A DNA stretch of 64,000 nt from Candidatus Woesearchaeota archaeon (GCA_964344105.1 CAYFMD010000001.1:4671-68670); one strand, 5' to 3'. Shown: positions 30,072 through 40,572, counted from the first letter of the stretch. Made by a program: numbers and translations. Notes: generated from the sequence alone by a model not told the origin.

Positions 30072-31361
30072 TTATCCAAGCTTCTTCTCAGTCAACTCAG
30101 TACAAACTCCAGCAGCTACAGTAGCACCAGCGTCTCTGATAGCGAATCTAGCCATGTGAGGGTTCTCCTTTGAACTCTCAATAACTAAATTACCCATTGG
30201 CTTGAACTTAACCATTGCAACATCTCCGTTCTTCAAGAAGTCAGCCTTCTCATCTGAAGGTTGTCCACTTGTAGGATCTATTTTATGCAAAATTTCAGTT
30301 AATTGGCAAGGAACCTGAGCTGTGTGTACGTGGAATACTGGTGTGTAACCCTTAGCAACAACAGTTGGGTGGTTAATTATTGCGATTTGTGCTGTAAACT
30401 CTTCAGCTATTGTAGCTGGCTTATCAGCTGCACAGATAACGTCTCCTCTAGCAATATCTTTCTTTCCAACTCCTCTAACGTTGATACCAACATTAAATCC
30501 AGCTGGAGCTTCTTGATGCTGCTCGTGATGCATTTCTATACTCTTAACTTCCCCTTCTACACCTGTACCGCTTCTCCCTGGAAGAACTATTACCTTCTGT
30601 CCCACCTTCATAATTCCAGTCTCGATCTTTCCTACTGGAACAGTACCGATACCTGTAATTTCATAAACATCCTGAATTGGCATTCTCATAGGCAAGTCTG
30701 TAGGTTTCTTAGGCTCTTCGAAAAGATCCAATTGTTCCCATAGAGTTGGTCCCTTGTACCAAGGCATGTTTGGTGATTTTTCCTTAACATTATCTCCCTT
30801 CAAACCTGAAGCTGCAATAAAAGTAACTCCAGCAGGGTCAATTCCAACAACCTTCAAAAGAGCTGAAACATCCTCCTTAGCCTTATTGAAAGCATCTTCC
30901 TTGTAATCTACAGTATCCATCTTGTTAATATTCACACAAATCTCCTTAACTCCCATAGTTCTTAGCAACCATAGGTGTTCCTTAGTCTGTGGCTGTACAC
31001 CTTCCTTAGCAGCAATAGTCAAAAAAGCCGCGTCAGCTTGTGAAGCACCAGTAATCATGTTCTTAACAAAATCCTTGTGACCAGGAGCGTCAATAATTGT
31101 AATCTGTCTCTTTGGTGTTATAACTTTCTTATAAGCCAAATCGATAGTAACTCCTCTTTCTCTCTCTTCCTTAATATGATCCATAATATAAGCAAACTCG
31201 AAACCAGGTTTACCTTGCTTCTCAGCCTCTTCCTTAAGCTTCTTCATCTCCTGCTCTGGGATAACTCCGCTCTGAAACATAAGCTGACCTACACAAGTTG
31301 ACTTTCCATGGTCTACGTGACCTACAAATACAACATTCATTGTTGGTTTTTCTGCTGCCAT
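30072..31361 (-). CDS. tuf: Translation elongation factor 1-alpha (aEF-1A)
   Basis: The sequence reads [22 protein letters not shown]...DAPGH...NKMD, and the length is about 429 aa. The track ORF is over-extended upstream by 36 aa, and the start is at 31361. Confidence 0.9.
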   Translation of the reverse strand: MAAEKPTMNVVFVGHVDHGKSTCVGQLMFQSGVIPEQEMKKLKEEAEKQGKPGFEFAYIMDHIKEERERGVTIDLAYKKVITPKRQITIIDAPGHKDFVKNMITGASQADAAFLTIAAKEGVQPQTKEHLWLLRTMGVKEICVNINKMDTVDYKEDAFNKAKEDVSALLKVVGIDPAGVTFIAASGLKGDNVKEKSPNMPWYKGPTLWEQLDLFEEPKKPTDLPMRMPIQDVYEITGIGTVPVGKIETGIMKVGQKVIVLPGRSGTGVEGEVKSIEMHHEQHQEAPAGFNVGINVRGVGKKDIARGDVICAADKPATIAEEFTAQIAIINHPTVVAKGYTPVFHVHTAQVPCQLTEILHKIDPTSGQPSDEKADFLKNGDVAMVKFKPMGNLVIESSKENPHMARFAIRDAGATVAAGVCTELTEKKLG

Positions 31362-31383
31362 AATAGTATGTACTAAAAAAAGA

Positions 31384-31395
31384 GGTTTATAAACC
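31384..31395. promoter_or_regulatory. Palindromic TATA element GGTTTATAAACC shared by divergent tuf (-) and the methyltransferase (+)
   Basis: It lies about 25-30 nt from each start codon, implying short or leaderless transcripts. Confidence 0.55.
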
Positions 31396-31419
31396 TTTCT
31401 ATCTTCCGATAAATATAAA

Positions 31420-32244
31420 ATGGAAAATAAAATCCCAAAAGAATTTATTGAGAAAATAAAAGAAAACAAAAAATATCAGTCAATCAGCGACGATATAGTG
31501 ATAAAAGAAATCCAAAACTATATGCGAAAATATCAGGCTGACACTGATGAAATCTATGATGACAAGTTCGCAATTAAGGTAATCAGAAAAGAACTTCATA
31601 GACTTTACAGCAGCTATCAAACTAAAGGAAAGAAGAAAAGAGATGAAATTCTTAAGAATCTTAAAAAAGATGATCTATCAACTATCAACAAAATTCTAGA
31701 AACAACTTTGGCAACAAAAGAACGAATGCCAAATTATTCAACAATCTACCAAAAGATTTTCAAAATCACTGGTAACCCTAAATCAATCATCGACTTGGGC
31801 TGTGGTCTAAATCCTGTAAGCATCCCTTACATGAACTTATCATCAATAAAATATCACTGCTACGATATAGATGAGAGCGATATAGTTTTCTTGAATAAGC
31901 TTTTCAAGAAGATTAATGTTGATGGAAAAGCAAAAATCCTCGACGCTAGAGATCTAGATGAATTAGCCAAACTATCAAAATCAGATGTTATCTTCATGTT
32001 CAAACTTTACGATCTAATTGTCCCAAAGAACCGTAAACTAAAAAAAATTGGAGAAGAAATAATCAACCTTCTAATGACAAAAACCAACCACCTAGTAGCA
32101 AGCTTCGCAACTAAAACTCTAACTAGAAAATCCATGAAATTACCAAGGAGGATTGGCTTTGAAATGATGCTAGATAGAAATCAATTAGCCTATGAACTAA
32201 TAGAAACTGACAACGAAATCTATTATGTGATTTCTAAGAAATAA
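31420..32244 (+). CDS. Class I SAM-dependent methyltransferase with an N-terminal extension
   Basis: Motif I is [10 protein letters not shown], followed by acidic motif II-like HCYDIDE. It is divergent from tuf and shares the palindromic TATA with it. Confidence 0.6.
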   Translation: MENKIPKEFIEKIKENKKYQSISDDIVIKEIQNYMRKYQADTDEIYDDKFAIKVIRKELHRLYSSYQTKGKKKRDEILKNLKKDDLSTINKILETTLATKERMPNYSTIYQKIFKITGNPKSIIDLGCGLNPVSIPYMNLSSIKYHCYDIDESDIVFLNKLFKKINVDGKAKILDARDLDELAKLSKSDVIFMFKLYDLIVPKNRKLKKIGEEIINLLMTKTNHLVASFATKTLTRKSMKLPRRIGFEMMLDRNQLAYELIETDNEIYYVISKK

Positions 32245-32265
32245 CTCCAATACAAAGGTTTAAAA

Positions 32266-32643
32266 TTGGCAATCTCGACCAATTTTTATAAGATGGCAAG
32301 AATATATTTAGCAGCACCTTCATTAGATTTCAATATAGGAATGGACGTCGAGATTCTGAGAAAACTATCGCAAGCACACGGAGAAACTGAAATAGGAACT
32401 TTATTTACAGACTCTATGACAAATTTCGATGCTGTAGAAGAATACTGTCGTAGAAGGGGCATAAGCATAAATGAAGGATTTAATGGGAATAGATCACCGA
32501 CAGACAAATTCTTATTAGTTTTATCACATCTAACAAGGAACAGAGACGAAACTGCATTCCATCTTACACATTGGCAAGAATATGGTACTCTAGCAGGTCT
32601 TTACTCAAAATCTGATTTAGAATTTATTAGCCTTTATGAATAA
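32266..32643 (+). CDS. Hypothetical protein (125 aa)
   Basis: It is a clean ORF, tail-to-tail with the giant secreted protein gene with no spacer. Confidence 0.4.
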   Translation: MAISTNFYKMARIYLAAPSLDFNIGMDVEILRKLSQAHGETEIGTLFTDSMTNFDAVEEYCRRRGISINEGFNGNRSPTDKFLLVLSHLTRNRDETAFHLTHWQEYGTLAGLYSKSDLEFISLYE

Positions 32644-35600
32644 TTATGATCTTTCTAACTGGCTAATAAGATCTTGAACCATATTCAAAGGGCCTCTATT
32701 ATCGCCAGGAGTACTAGAGGTAGTATAAACTTGACTACCATCAGAACTTCTAAATATCTCTATGTGCCCCCCTCCTGTTTTCCTAGCACCTAGTCCAAAC
32801 CTTTCTAGTTCCTTAACTTGCTTCCTAGAAAACGATCCTGACCATCCTCCCTTAAACGCAGCCTTAAGAGATTCCTTATCTCTCCTAGATAAAGTTACTG
32901 CAGTATTAACTGAAGGAACTTCAACCCCTATAGCGTCCATAAATTGGGCCATTATCCTTCTTTGATTGTCATCTGCCAACTCATAAGATCTAAGAAGCCT
33001 TGGACCATATGTTGTCTGAACTATCTCTAATAGATCTGGATCACCAGCAAGTTCTCCAACCTCTTGTCTAAATGAGGCCAAGTTTATATTAGGCGTATTT
33101 CCAAAAAGACCATCTACATTATCAATTCTATAAAATCTTTCAACATCTGGATTTTTCCCACCAGATGTATCAAAAACTGCAACTCCTCTCTGAGCATCTT
33201 CCAGTCCTCTATTCCTAGCAAACCTAACCCCTGGACCAAATTCCGCAATAATGGCTTCATCAGCAGCACTACCTGTTCCAACCAAATCTCCCATTTGCCT
33301 ATGCACAGGATTAATCCCAGCAACATTAGACGCCCTCTGCCTTATTTGTTGACTTTGTTGATCTAATGTACTACTAACAGAATGAGATACAGGAGAATCA
33401 CCACTAACTGGTCTCCAACCTAATCCTCTAGCTCTTTCATTAAATGCCTCTAACACATTTTCATCAAAATTAGGATCACTACCATCAAGGAAGTGACCTG
33501 TTCTAGATCCAATGGCCCTGCCATTTTCATCAACTACATGCAGGTTAAACCTGCCATCTGTTATCTCTACTTCTCCAGCACCTCTAACTCCGTTCCCTCT
33601 AGACAGAAAGCTATGTGGAAAGTCTCTACTAGATCTTCCTACCTCTAAGCCCTCGAGTTTCCTAAAATTAAACTCACCACTTTCATCAATTGTCCACATA
33701 TATCTGCCATTAGCAGGTCTTCCATTCTCTAAGAACAATCCATTTTTATCTAGTCTTGATGAGACCTCTCCAGTTGTCAAAGGATTCCTTCTACTCTCTA
33801 GTTCAAACAACAAACTCTCACTTCTTTCATTCAGAGGCACTGTTCTTCCCGTTGATGGATCAACCCACAATCTATCGTCTGCCAAGATCTCATTATCCGA
33901 TTCAACAAAAATATCTCTTCTTTGATATACCGGCAGATCATTACTGCTAGCATAACGATTAAATCTTCTTAACGCATCTTCTGATAAAACCCTATTGGCA
34001 GGGGCAATATCAACTTCCCTAAGACCTGCAGGAACTTCTACTGCAAACCTCTCCCCATTCTTCCCCAACAAAATTCCATTATCTAATGCCCTAAAATTCC
34101 CAGATTTTCTTAATTCATCAAACAATTGTCGATCAACAATGCCCAATGCTTGTCTATTTCCTAATGCATCCTCAACAACACCTATAGATTTCAATCCAGC
34201 TTTAATACCTCTAGCTGCTGATGGTACGGCTCCCAACATGCTGACTGTATCTATAAATCCTGCTGTATCCTCACTAAGAGCTGCTGAAGCACTTAAAACT
34301 AAAGCAGTATCTGTAATTGCTCCATAAGCAGTTGCTGAAAGTCCTTCTCCTAAGTAAGATGTGAACAAAGTCTCACTTGTCAATCCAGCCCTAACTACTT
34401 CTAATGCCCTTTCAGCCCTGAGCAATTTAGCACCTCCTGCCAATATTCTACCTGCACCTGCAGGAGCAGCAAGGACCGTAGCAAAGTCAGCCCCCTGGAG
34501 AATATAGTCCCCAGCACTTTTCTCAATAGGATTCCCTACCCTGTCTAAACCAAATGCACCAACCAATGGAATATCTCCTGTATACTCAACACCTATATCA
34601 GACCCATGACCTGCAATATTCCAGATAACAGGATCATTAGAGACAGCTCTATCAATCATATCCATACGCAATACAGCACTACTAAAATCTCTAGAGAATC
34701 TACTGCCGATAGCATCCCCTCTATCTTGAGAAATTGCCGCAAATAATCTTCTAGTATCACTATCAATCCTTGAATTTTCAAAAGTTAATCCCAATCTATC
34801 TGAGTAGTCTCTAAATTGTTGAGCAGTGACATAATCATCAAAGCCTCCAATATCTATAATCCTGTGAAGTCTGCCTAAATTATCAGAAGCAAAATAATCT
34901 TTCATATCTACTCCGCTAGCTACTAGATCTCTCATTCCTGAAAGCCCTATCCTTCTTCTATCTATCAAACTAAATCCTTGTTCGTCTTCATCTAAGAAAA
35001 CAGCTTGCTGACCTGCTATCTGATCTAATCTATCAGATGACAAGAAATGCCTTATTTCTGTTATGGGTCTCTGCATTTTGTTATACCATATTTCTTCAGA
35101 CTCATCCCCAATAATACCATAAATATCATCCAACAACCTTCCTCCCTCTGCACCATATTGCCTCAACCTATTATCAATCAAAGATAATTCAAATTGTACC
35201 CTAGAGGCTGTTGCCTGATCTCCTCCACCACTAAGTTCAGCATCTCTTAAACTAACCAGAGTCCTTCTCAAACCATTAGATCTTTCTAAAAAATCATTTG
35301 GATAAATATATCTATTCTCAGCAAGAGCCTTCAATCTGATCCCTTCAGGATCTGTAGGATTATAGCTTTTAAGGAATTTTTCTCTAGAGAAAGCCAAACT
35401 AATAGTTTCTCCTCTGCTATCAACATATTGGTCTCTTTCATCTAGCATATATGCTCTCAATAATCCCATCTCTGATTGCACTCTTAATTCTCTCAAAGAT
35501 CTCAATTCCCTATCTAAGGCATCAGAGGACAAATCTCTTCTAGCAGCATTTTCAAGTTCTCCTATCCGTTCAATATTTCTACTATATGAATTTCTAGAAT

Positions 35601-37212
35601 ACAAATAATTTAATCCAGCCCCTTCAGCATCTAGGCCTTGAGCGTTTTGCAATCTCATCTCAGCAAGAAGGCCTCTAGTAGCAATTTCTATTTTTGGATC
35701 AAGCTTTTCTCCTAAAAGCGCATTGGCTCTGGCAATAGACTGATCAAGATCATTCCCCTCAATTATATCTATCCTATACTGATTAACAAGTTCTAAATGC
35801 TTCAATGCCTGCAGGTCTCTTCCTTCAAATTCTCCTGAATCAATATTACTCCTTATTGATGCCAGATTACTCCTAACTTCGCTTTCAATCTGTTCCGCCC
35901 TTAATTGTTGAGCTATCAAATTATTTGAAGACAATTCCTTATAGGTATTAAGTGGAACGCTAGTAGTAGTGTAGTCACCACTAGATCTCGTAGAGATTAA
36001 GTGATACAATCCATTCTCCTCATCTACATAACCTTCTAAAATACCTGATCTAAATCTAAAACCTGTAGCAGAATCTAAATCCCCATTCTTAATTCTTAAT
36101 TTAGCATTCCCATTAACAATCTGAATAAGATGTTTACGATTATCTATCTCGGCAAATCCTGTCTTAACATCAATATATGGTACGCCATCTTTTTTTGCAC
36201 CATCAAAATAAAACTCTGCATAAGCATCTTTACTTATTCCTCTATAGCTTAAAGATCCCTTCAAATTCCTAGCACTAAGCTCTCCATGGATATTTATTTT
36301 TCTATTACCCTCATCAATAGAAATTGCATTCCCATCAAAATCTGATATATCTCTCCCGTCAAGGAATATTGTGAATTCTCCCTCTGAAGAAAAAATCTGA
36401 TTTCCCCCAAAAAATTCTCCATCAAAAACTCCGTCAGTAATGACAATCTCTACAACATTGCCTTCTGAATTAAGTTTTATTTCAACCTTCTCTCCAGAGA
36501 ATATCTGTCTTGATATCCTTCCTTCTGAGTCAATATGGGAATAATCTATATCCACATCCTCTCCACTAACCACATTATTTGCTGGATCAAATAATACTGT
36601 TCCGCCGCCCTCCCCCACATCAAAAACATAATTTCTACCGCTATAGGTAAAACTATAGCTGCCTCCCTTAGCTGATTTAAACCTAGCATAAACTATCTCA
36701 TCATCCTTATTAACCCTAACAACAGCATCTTCATATTGAATTGGCACTCCTGGAGAGATAAATTCACTAGTCCTAGTTACACCCTTAAGAGTTCTCCCGC
36801 CGACCTTGACGTCCGCCACTCCTTGATTAAGCCTTATCTCTTTTCCATCTTCATTAAAGGTCAAACTTAAACTAACATCTTGATCAGATGAAACATCAAA
36901 CCCAAACAAACTTAAATCCTTGCTAGATTTACCAGAAACTCTTAACTCGTCTTCAGCATAATTTAACCTATATCCAAGTGGGACTCTCCCAATCACATTG
37001 CCCTTATCATCCTCTATTATTTTAGTCCCATCATTTTGTATCTTGTAATTAATACTTATATCCTGTTCTTTAGCAATCTTATCAAGTCCGCTATAGAGCT
37101 CATAGTTTGGATCATTTTTATCTTCCAAAAAACTCTTATCAACTAGGCCTGCCCCATAAACTCCTCCAATGAATAATATTATAAGAACTGCTAAAAAGAA
37201 TCTACTTTTCAT
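32644..37212 (-). CDS. Giant secreted protein (1522 aa) with signal peptide
   Basis: The signal peptide is MKSRFFLAVLIILFIGGVYGAG. The N-terminal 400 aa is beta-rich and G/D/S-rich, and the C-terminal 1100 aa is R/D/L/G-rich with helical regions. I recognise no catalytic motif. Confidence 0.7.
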   Translation of the reverse strand: MKSRFFLAVLIILFIGGVYGAGLVDKSFLEDKNDPNYELYSGLDKIAKEQDISINYKIQNDGTKIIEDDKGNVIGRVPLGYRLNYAEDELRVSGKSSKDLSLFGFDVSSDQDVSLSLTFNEDGKEIRLNQGVADVKVGGRTLKGVTRTSEFISPGVPIQYEDAVVRVNKDDEIVYARFKSAKGGSYSFTYSGRNYVFDVGEGGGTVLFDPANNVVSGEDVDIDYSHIDSEGRISRQIFSGEKVEIKLNSEGNVVEIVITDGVFDGEFFGGNQIFSSEGEFTIFLDGRDISDFDGNAISIDEGNRKINIHGELSARNLKGSLSYRGISKDAYAEFYFDGAKKDGVPYIDVKTGFAEIDNRKHLIQIVNGNAKLRIKNGDLDSATGFRFRSGILEGYVDEENGLYHLISTRSSGDYTTTSVPLNTYKELSSNNLIAQQLRAEQIESEVRSNLASIRSNIDSGEFEGRDLQALKHLELVNQYRIDIIEGNDLDQSIARANALLGEKLDPKIEIATRGLLAEMRLQNAQGLDAEGAGLNYLYSRNSYSRNIERIGELENAARRDLSSDALDRELRSLRELRVQSEMGLLRAYMLDERDQYVDSRGETISLAFSREKFLKSYNPTDPEGIRLKALAENRYIYPNDFLERSNGLRRTLVSLRDAELSGGGDQATASRVQFELSLIDNRLRQYGAEGGRLLDDIYGIIGDESEEIWYNKMQRPITEIRHFLSSDRLDQIAGQQAVFLDEDEQGFSLIDRRRIGLSGMRDLVASGVDMKDYFASDNLGRLHRIIDIGGFDDYVTAQQFRDYSDRLGLTFENSRIDSDTRRLFAAISQDRGDAIGSRFSRDFSSAVLRMDMIDRAVSNDPVIWNIAGHGSDIGVEYTGDIPLVGAFGLDRVGNPIEKSAGDYILQGADFATVLAAPAGAGRILAGGAKLLRAERALEVVRAGLTSETLFTSYLGEGLSATAYGAITDTALVLSASAALSEDTAGFIDTVSMLGAVPSAARGIKAGLKSIGVVEDALGNRQALGIVDRQLFDELRKSGNFRALDNGILLGKNGERFAVEVPAGLREVDIAPANRVLSEDALRRFNRYASSNDLPVYQRRDIFVESDNEILADDRLWVDPSTGRTVPLNERSESLLFELESRRNPLTTGEVSSRLDKNGLFLENGRPANGRYMWTIDESGEFNFRKLEGLEVGRSSRDFPHSFLSRGNGVRGAGEVEITDGRFNLHVVDENGRAIGSRTGHFLDGSDPNFDENVLEAFNERARGLGWRPVSGDSPVSHSVSSTLDQQSQQIRQRASNVAGINPVHRQMGDLVGTGSAADEAIIAEFGPGVRFARNRGLEDAQRGVAVFDTSGGKNPDVERFYRIDNVDGLFGNTPNINLASFRQEVGELAGDPDLLEIVQTTYGPRLLRSYELADDNQRRIMAQFMDAIGVEVPSVNTAVTLSRRDKESLKAAFKGGWSGSFSRKQVKELERFGLGARKTGGGHIEIFRSSDGSQVYTTSSTPGDNRGPLNMVQDLISQLERS

Positions 37213-37937
37213 CCAACGACAAATACAAAACTGTATGGAACCTCCTGCAATTCATTATCATAATCTGTTATTGTATAAATCAATCTACCATCCCCAATAG
37301 GAACAAAGGCAACATCATAATTCAAGCTAGTCAAATAGCTCAAATCAACAAACTCCGGATCAGAAACATGTTTACTCACAATATCTTCTGCAGCATCATG
37401 CATATTTCCTAGATTGATCTTCAACGTAACCTCATAACTATCCTCCATAGTAAAGGTCTCTATTTCTTTACTAGCACTAACAAAAACTAAATTATCTATA
37501 TCTACAAAATCATCCCTCACCTTAATATCAGCCTCTTCAATATCTAGGGTTATATCTAATCCAACAAATTCATCCTCCAAACAAAAAGGCATTGTAATTT
37601 CTAAGTATCTCGCAATTTCATCTTCCAATTCAGGAACACTAATTAATACATCCTCCCCATTCCTAACTCCATAAGCAATCCCATTATCCCCATCCCTATA
37701 GTGGTCTTCAGGCAAATTGACATATCCTCCCTGCAATCCTACCAACCTAGCCGCATCAATTGTCCTTTGATTAAAACATTCTCTTATTGCTCTATCGATA
37801 TCTCCAATCTCCTCAAAATTACCAGATCTAAAACTATCTCCAGACCTAAACAAAACCACTAAAATTACTCCTACTACCAAAACTATAGCTATGATTATTA
37901 TCAAGGCAACTTGTGCCCTTTTACCTCTATTTTGCAT
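37209..37937 (-). CDS. N-terminally TM-anchored acidic protein, co-transcribed with the giant protein
   Basis: The TM helix is VALIIIIAIVLVVGVILVVLF. It overlaps the downstream gene by 4 nt. Confidence 0.5.
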   Translation of the reverse strand: MQNRGKRAQVALIIIIAIVLVVGVILVVLFRSGDSFRSGNFEEIGDIDRAIRECFNQRTIDAARLVGLQGGYVNLPEDHYRDGDNGIAYGVRNGEDVLISVPELEDEIARYLEITMPFCLEDEFVGLDITLDIEEADIKVRDDFVDIDNLVFVSASKEIETFTMEDSYEVTLKINLGNMHDAAEDIVSKHVSDPEFVDLSYLTSLNYDVAFVPIGDGRLIYTITDYDNELQEVPYSFVFVVG

Positions 37938-37977
37938 TAAGAATAAAGGAAAATTTACTATATAAAACTATTACAGC

Positions 37978-38382
37978 CTAAAAAGAACTAATCAACTCAT
38001 CAAACCCTTTAGCATCAAACATCATACTGCCTTTCTTATCTCCATGGCCGTGATGACCTTTCAGATGAAACTTATGTTCAATTTCCTCTTCCATCTTCTT
38101 AAATGACTTCTCTACAGCTTTCTTAAAATCCCAATCATGAGCATCAGCTTCAATAACTTTGCTAGGCAATGCTATTCTAGTATGCAAACTAAACTTCTCC
38201 CTCTTACCATCTTTCTTATACTCTCTAAGATGGAAAATCATCTCCGAAATATTCTTCACCTTATTCTGAATCCTCCCAAAATGCTCATTGAACAATTTGT
38301 CAAAACTCTCCCTATCATTATCACCAAGAACACTGAAACCGGCAGTCTTAACCTTTACCATTTCAATATAACTAAGTAACAC
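37978..38382 (-). CDS. Ribosome hibernation factor-like protein (RaiA/HPF family)
   Basis: The C-terminal segment ADAHDWDFKKAVEKSFKKMEEEIEHKFHLK aligns with E. coli HPF [29 protein letters not shown]. The probable start is at MVKVK. Confidence 0.45.
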   Translation of the reverse strand: MLLSYIEMVKVKTAGFSVLGDNDRESFDKLFNEHFGRIQNKVKNISEMIFHLREYKKDGKREKFSLHTRIALPSKVIEADAHDWDFKKAVEKSFKKMEEEIEHKFHLKGHHGHGDKKGSMMFDAKGFDELISSF

Positions 38383-38403
38383 ATCTATATATATTTTATT
38401 GAA

Positions 38404-38667
38404 CTAGATTTCAGTAGGTCTTCCCATAGAAACATATGCATCAATAGAAATATATTTTCCCCTACATTTATCTTCAGAATAAAAGTAGACTCCATCTATA
38501 AATTCAGTATTGTGAGTATTCTTGAGCCCAGATCCAACAGCAATATGATCTGGTACCAATCCGCAATTATGTGCAGAGCTTGCTAAGGACTTGTACCAAT
38601 TACCTGCAACAAATCTCTCACCAAATACAGAGACTGCTCCAAGGTACAACTTATCATTACCTGCCAT
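38404..38667 (-). CDS. Hypothetical small protein
   Basis: It is an ORF only. Confidence 0.3.
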   Translation of the reverse strand: MAGNDKLYLGAVSVFGERFVAGNWYKSLASSAHNCGLVPDHIAVGSGLKNTHNTEFIDGVYFYSEDKCRGKYISIDAYVSMGRPTEI

Positions 38668-38685
38668 AAAAACCTCTAAAATAAT

Positions 38686-39384
38686 TTAATAAAAATCACC
38701 AGAAACACAAACAAACCCATCAACACAACTCTTCTCGCCTTTCAGCTTCCAGCTCTGAACATTATGATCATGATCACTTACATGATGATACGGATTCCCA
38801 TCATGCCAAATATTATCATTGCTTCCTCCCAATGTAATAACCTCTCCGCCACAACTGTGCGAATGCTCTCTGTAATGATTATTTGTAACAACACCACATG
38901 GAGTCTTAACACTCTGCTTATGTCCACTATCATAACCAGCTCCAATCAACTTTATTGTAAACTTCTTATCATCAGAATGATACCTTGGCTCATAGCGCCT
39001 CTCATCTCTAATGTATCTAACCTTTCTAACTTCAGGCTCATGATCTCTAACATAAACTACCTTAGTTTTTGTCTTGTGTTTGTAAGGAACGTATTTCAAC
39101 CTAGCATCCTTGTAAGCCCTTTGATATCCAGGACCTGAATAAATATAATAATCATTTATTGGATTGTATTTCTTAACTCCTCCAAGTGTAATCACGTGCT
39201 TGCCATACTGATGTCCATGGTACCCCTTACCATAACTATTATGTCCATATGTGTAACCACAATCATGATAATATCCATCAAAGCCTCTACAAAGCGCAGC
39301 ATCAACAGCACTAACAGCTCCAACAACTAACACTATTCCAAAAAGAAACATCAATAATTTTTTGTTCATCATTTTTCTCATCAT
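38686..39384 (-). CDS. Secreted Tyr/His/Gly-rich protein
   Basis: The signal peptide is MMRKMMNKKLLMFLFGIVLVVGAVSA. It has repeated GYHG/YGH/YxY motifs and paired Cys residues. Confidence 0.5.
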   Translation of the reverse strand: MMRKMMNKKLLMFLFGIVLVVGAVSAVDAALCRGFDGYYHDCGYTYGHNSYGKGYHGHQYGKHVITLGGVKKYNPINDYYIYSGPGYQRAYKDARLKYVPYKHKTKTKVVYVRDHEPEVRKVRYIRDERRYEPRYHSDDKKFTIKLIGAGYDSGHKQSVKTPCGVVTNNHYREHSHSCGGEVITLGGSNDNIWHDGNPYHHVSDHDHNVQSWKLKGEKSCVDGFVCVSGDFY

Positions 39385-39409
39385 TTTAATTATTTAAAGA
39401 TTATTATAC

Positions 39410-39901
39410 TCACCTGTAAGACCATAGCACCAAATAATGCTCAGGCCTGCTCAATAGCCTAACACTATTCTCACTATGTTTATTATAGCTATAAGGACTG
39501 CTACTTTCGTAATGATTATTCTCTCTAACATAACTGTAATAAGGATAATATCTGTCAATCACATACTCTCTATCTTGGTATTTCTGACCACTATAACCTG
39601 GATAATAACTACTATACGATCTGTAACTGCTATCTCTGCTCCTATAAACCCAGCCATCGTCATATCTATCCTTGGAACTTACAGAAATCAAATTAGGTTG
39701 CCACCTATAATTAGGACGGCTATTACCATAACTATGCCTATAATCATAGCTATCATAATATTCATAACCGTAATTACCTCGGTAATGGCTACTATAATAA
39801 CTAGCACTAACAAATCCACTTCCAAGCAACAAAACCATCAAAAACATTCCAACAAATAATCCTAATCTTTTCATTTCCATCTTAACAATAACTAACTCCA
39901 C
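39410..39901 (-). CDS. Secreted Tyr/Ser-rich low-complexity protein
   Basis: The signal peptide is MKRLGLFVGMFLMVLLLGSGFVSA, and the mature part is about 30% Tyr with YYSS/YRSY repeats. Confidence 0.5.
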   Translation of the reverse strand: MELVIVKMEMKRLGLFVGMFLMVLLLGSGFVSASYYSSHYRGNYGYEYYDSYDYRHSYGNSRPNYRWQPNLISVSSKDRYDDGWVYRSRDSSYRSYSSYYPGYSGQKYQDREYVIDRYYPYYSYVRENNHYESSSPYSYNKHSENSVRLLSRPEHYLVLWSYR

Positions 39902-40418
39902 ATCCTCCTAAATATGTATAACCTGGAACAAAAGCATTTCCATAATTATTGTAACTGTAATAAGGCTGATATCTACTTATTCCTAATCCTCCACCATAAA
40001 AACCACCATAGCCTCCCCAACCTCCAAAGCCTCTATTCCAACCACCATAAGTCAAACCAGCAGTACCTACTCCGCTACTAAAATAAGGTCTATTAAAACT
40101 TTCAGGATAATCTACAAAAAAGAAGCTAGGTCTAACATCTCCAGCATCATACATTTGATATCTATAATTTCCATAACTTCCTTTAAAGATTGGAGTATTA
40201 GCATGTTGCTTGATTGGATATCTATAATTTCCCCTATAATCGTAATATCCACTACCATCATTAGAACTTTTGTAATAATAATTAGAACTACTAGAACCGT
40301 GTGGTCCTTGATATCTGTGATTGAACTCAGCAGTAGAATAGCCAGCACTAACAACACTAACACTAGCAAGCAAAAGAATCATTGCAACCACCATCACCCC
40401 AACCATTCTACTATTCAT
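39882..40418 (-). CDS. Secreted Tyr/Gly-rich low-complexity protein
   Basis: The signal peptide is MNSRMVGVMVVAMILLLASVSVVSA. It has a GGWGGYGGFYGGGLG tract and ends in a C-terminal CGVSYC. Confidence 0.5.
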   Translation of the reverse strand: MNSRMVGVMVVAMILLLASVSVVSAGYSTAEFNHRYQGPHGSSSSNYYYKSSNDGSGYYDYRGNYRYPIKQHANTPIFKGSYGNYRYQMYDAGDVRPSFFFVDYPESFNRPYFSSGVGTAGLTYGGWNRGFGGWGGYGGFYGGGLGISRYQPYYSYNNYGNAFVPGYTYLGGCGVSYC

Positions 40419-40572
40419 AAAAAAAGAAGCTAGATACTATTTATAAAAATATGTACAAAATAGAGCTAGTATCAAACCCGTAAATATAAGGCAGTAATCT
40501 AATAACTCAAAATCAACTACCTGTAATATAAGGGAACCATAAAATTATAAAGAAGAATATTAGATTAAGAAA

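Noticed and set aside
30303-31301. Plus-strand ORFs (146 and 74 aa) inside tuf, and the 36-aa N-terminal over-extension of the tuf track ORF
   Set aside because: They are antisense to EF-1alpha. The extension precedes the conserved MAAEK...GHVDHGKST start and would place the palindromic TATA inside the coding sequence.
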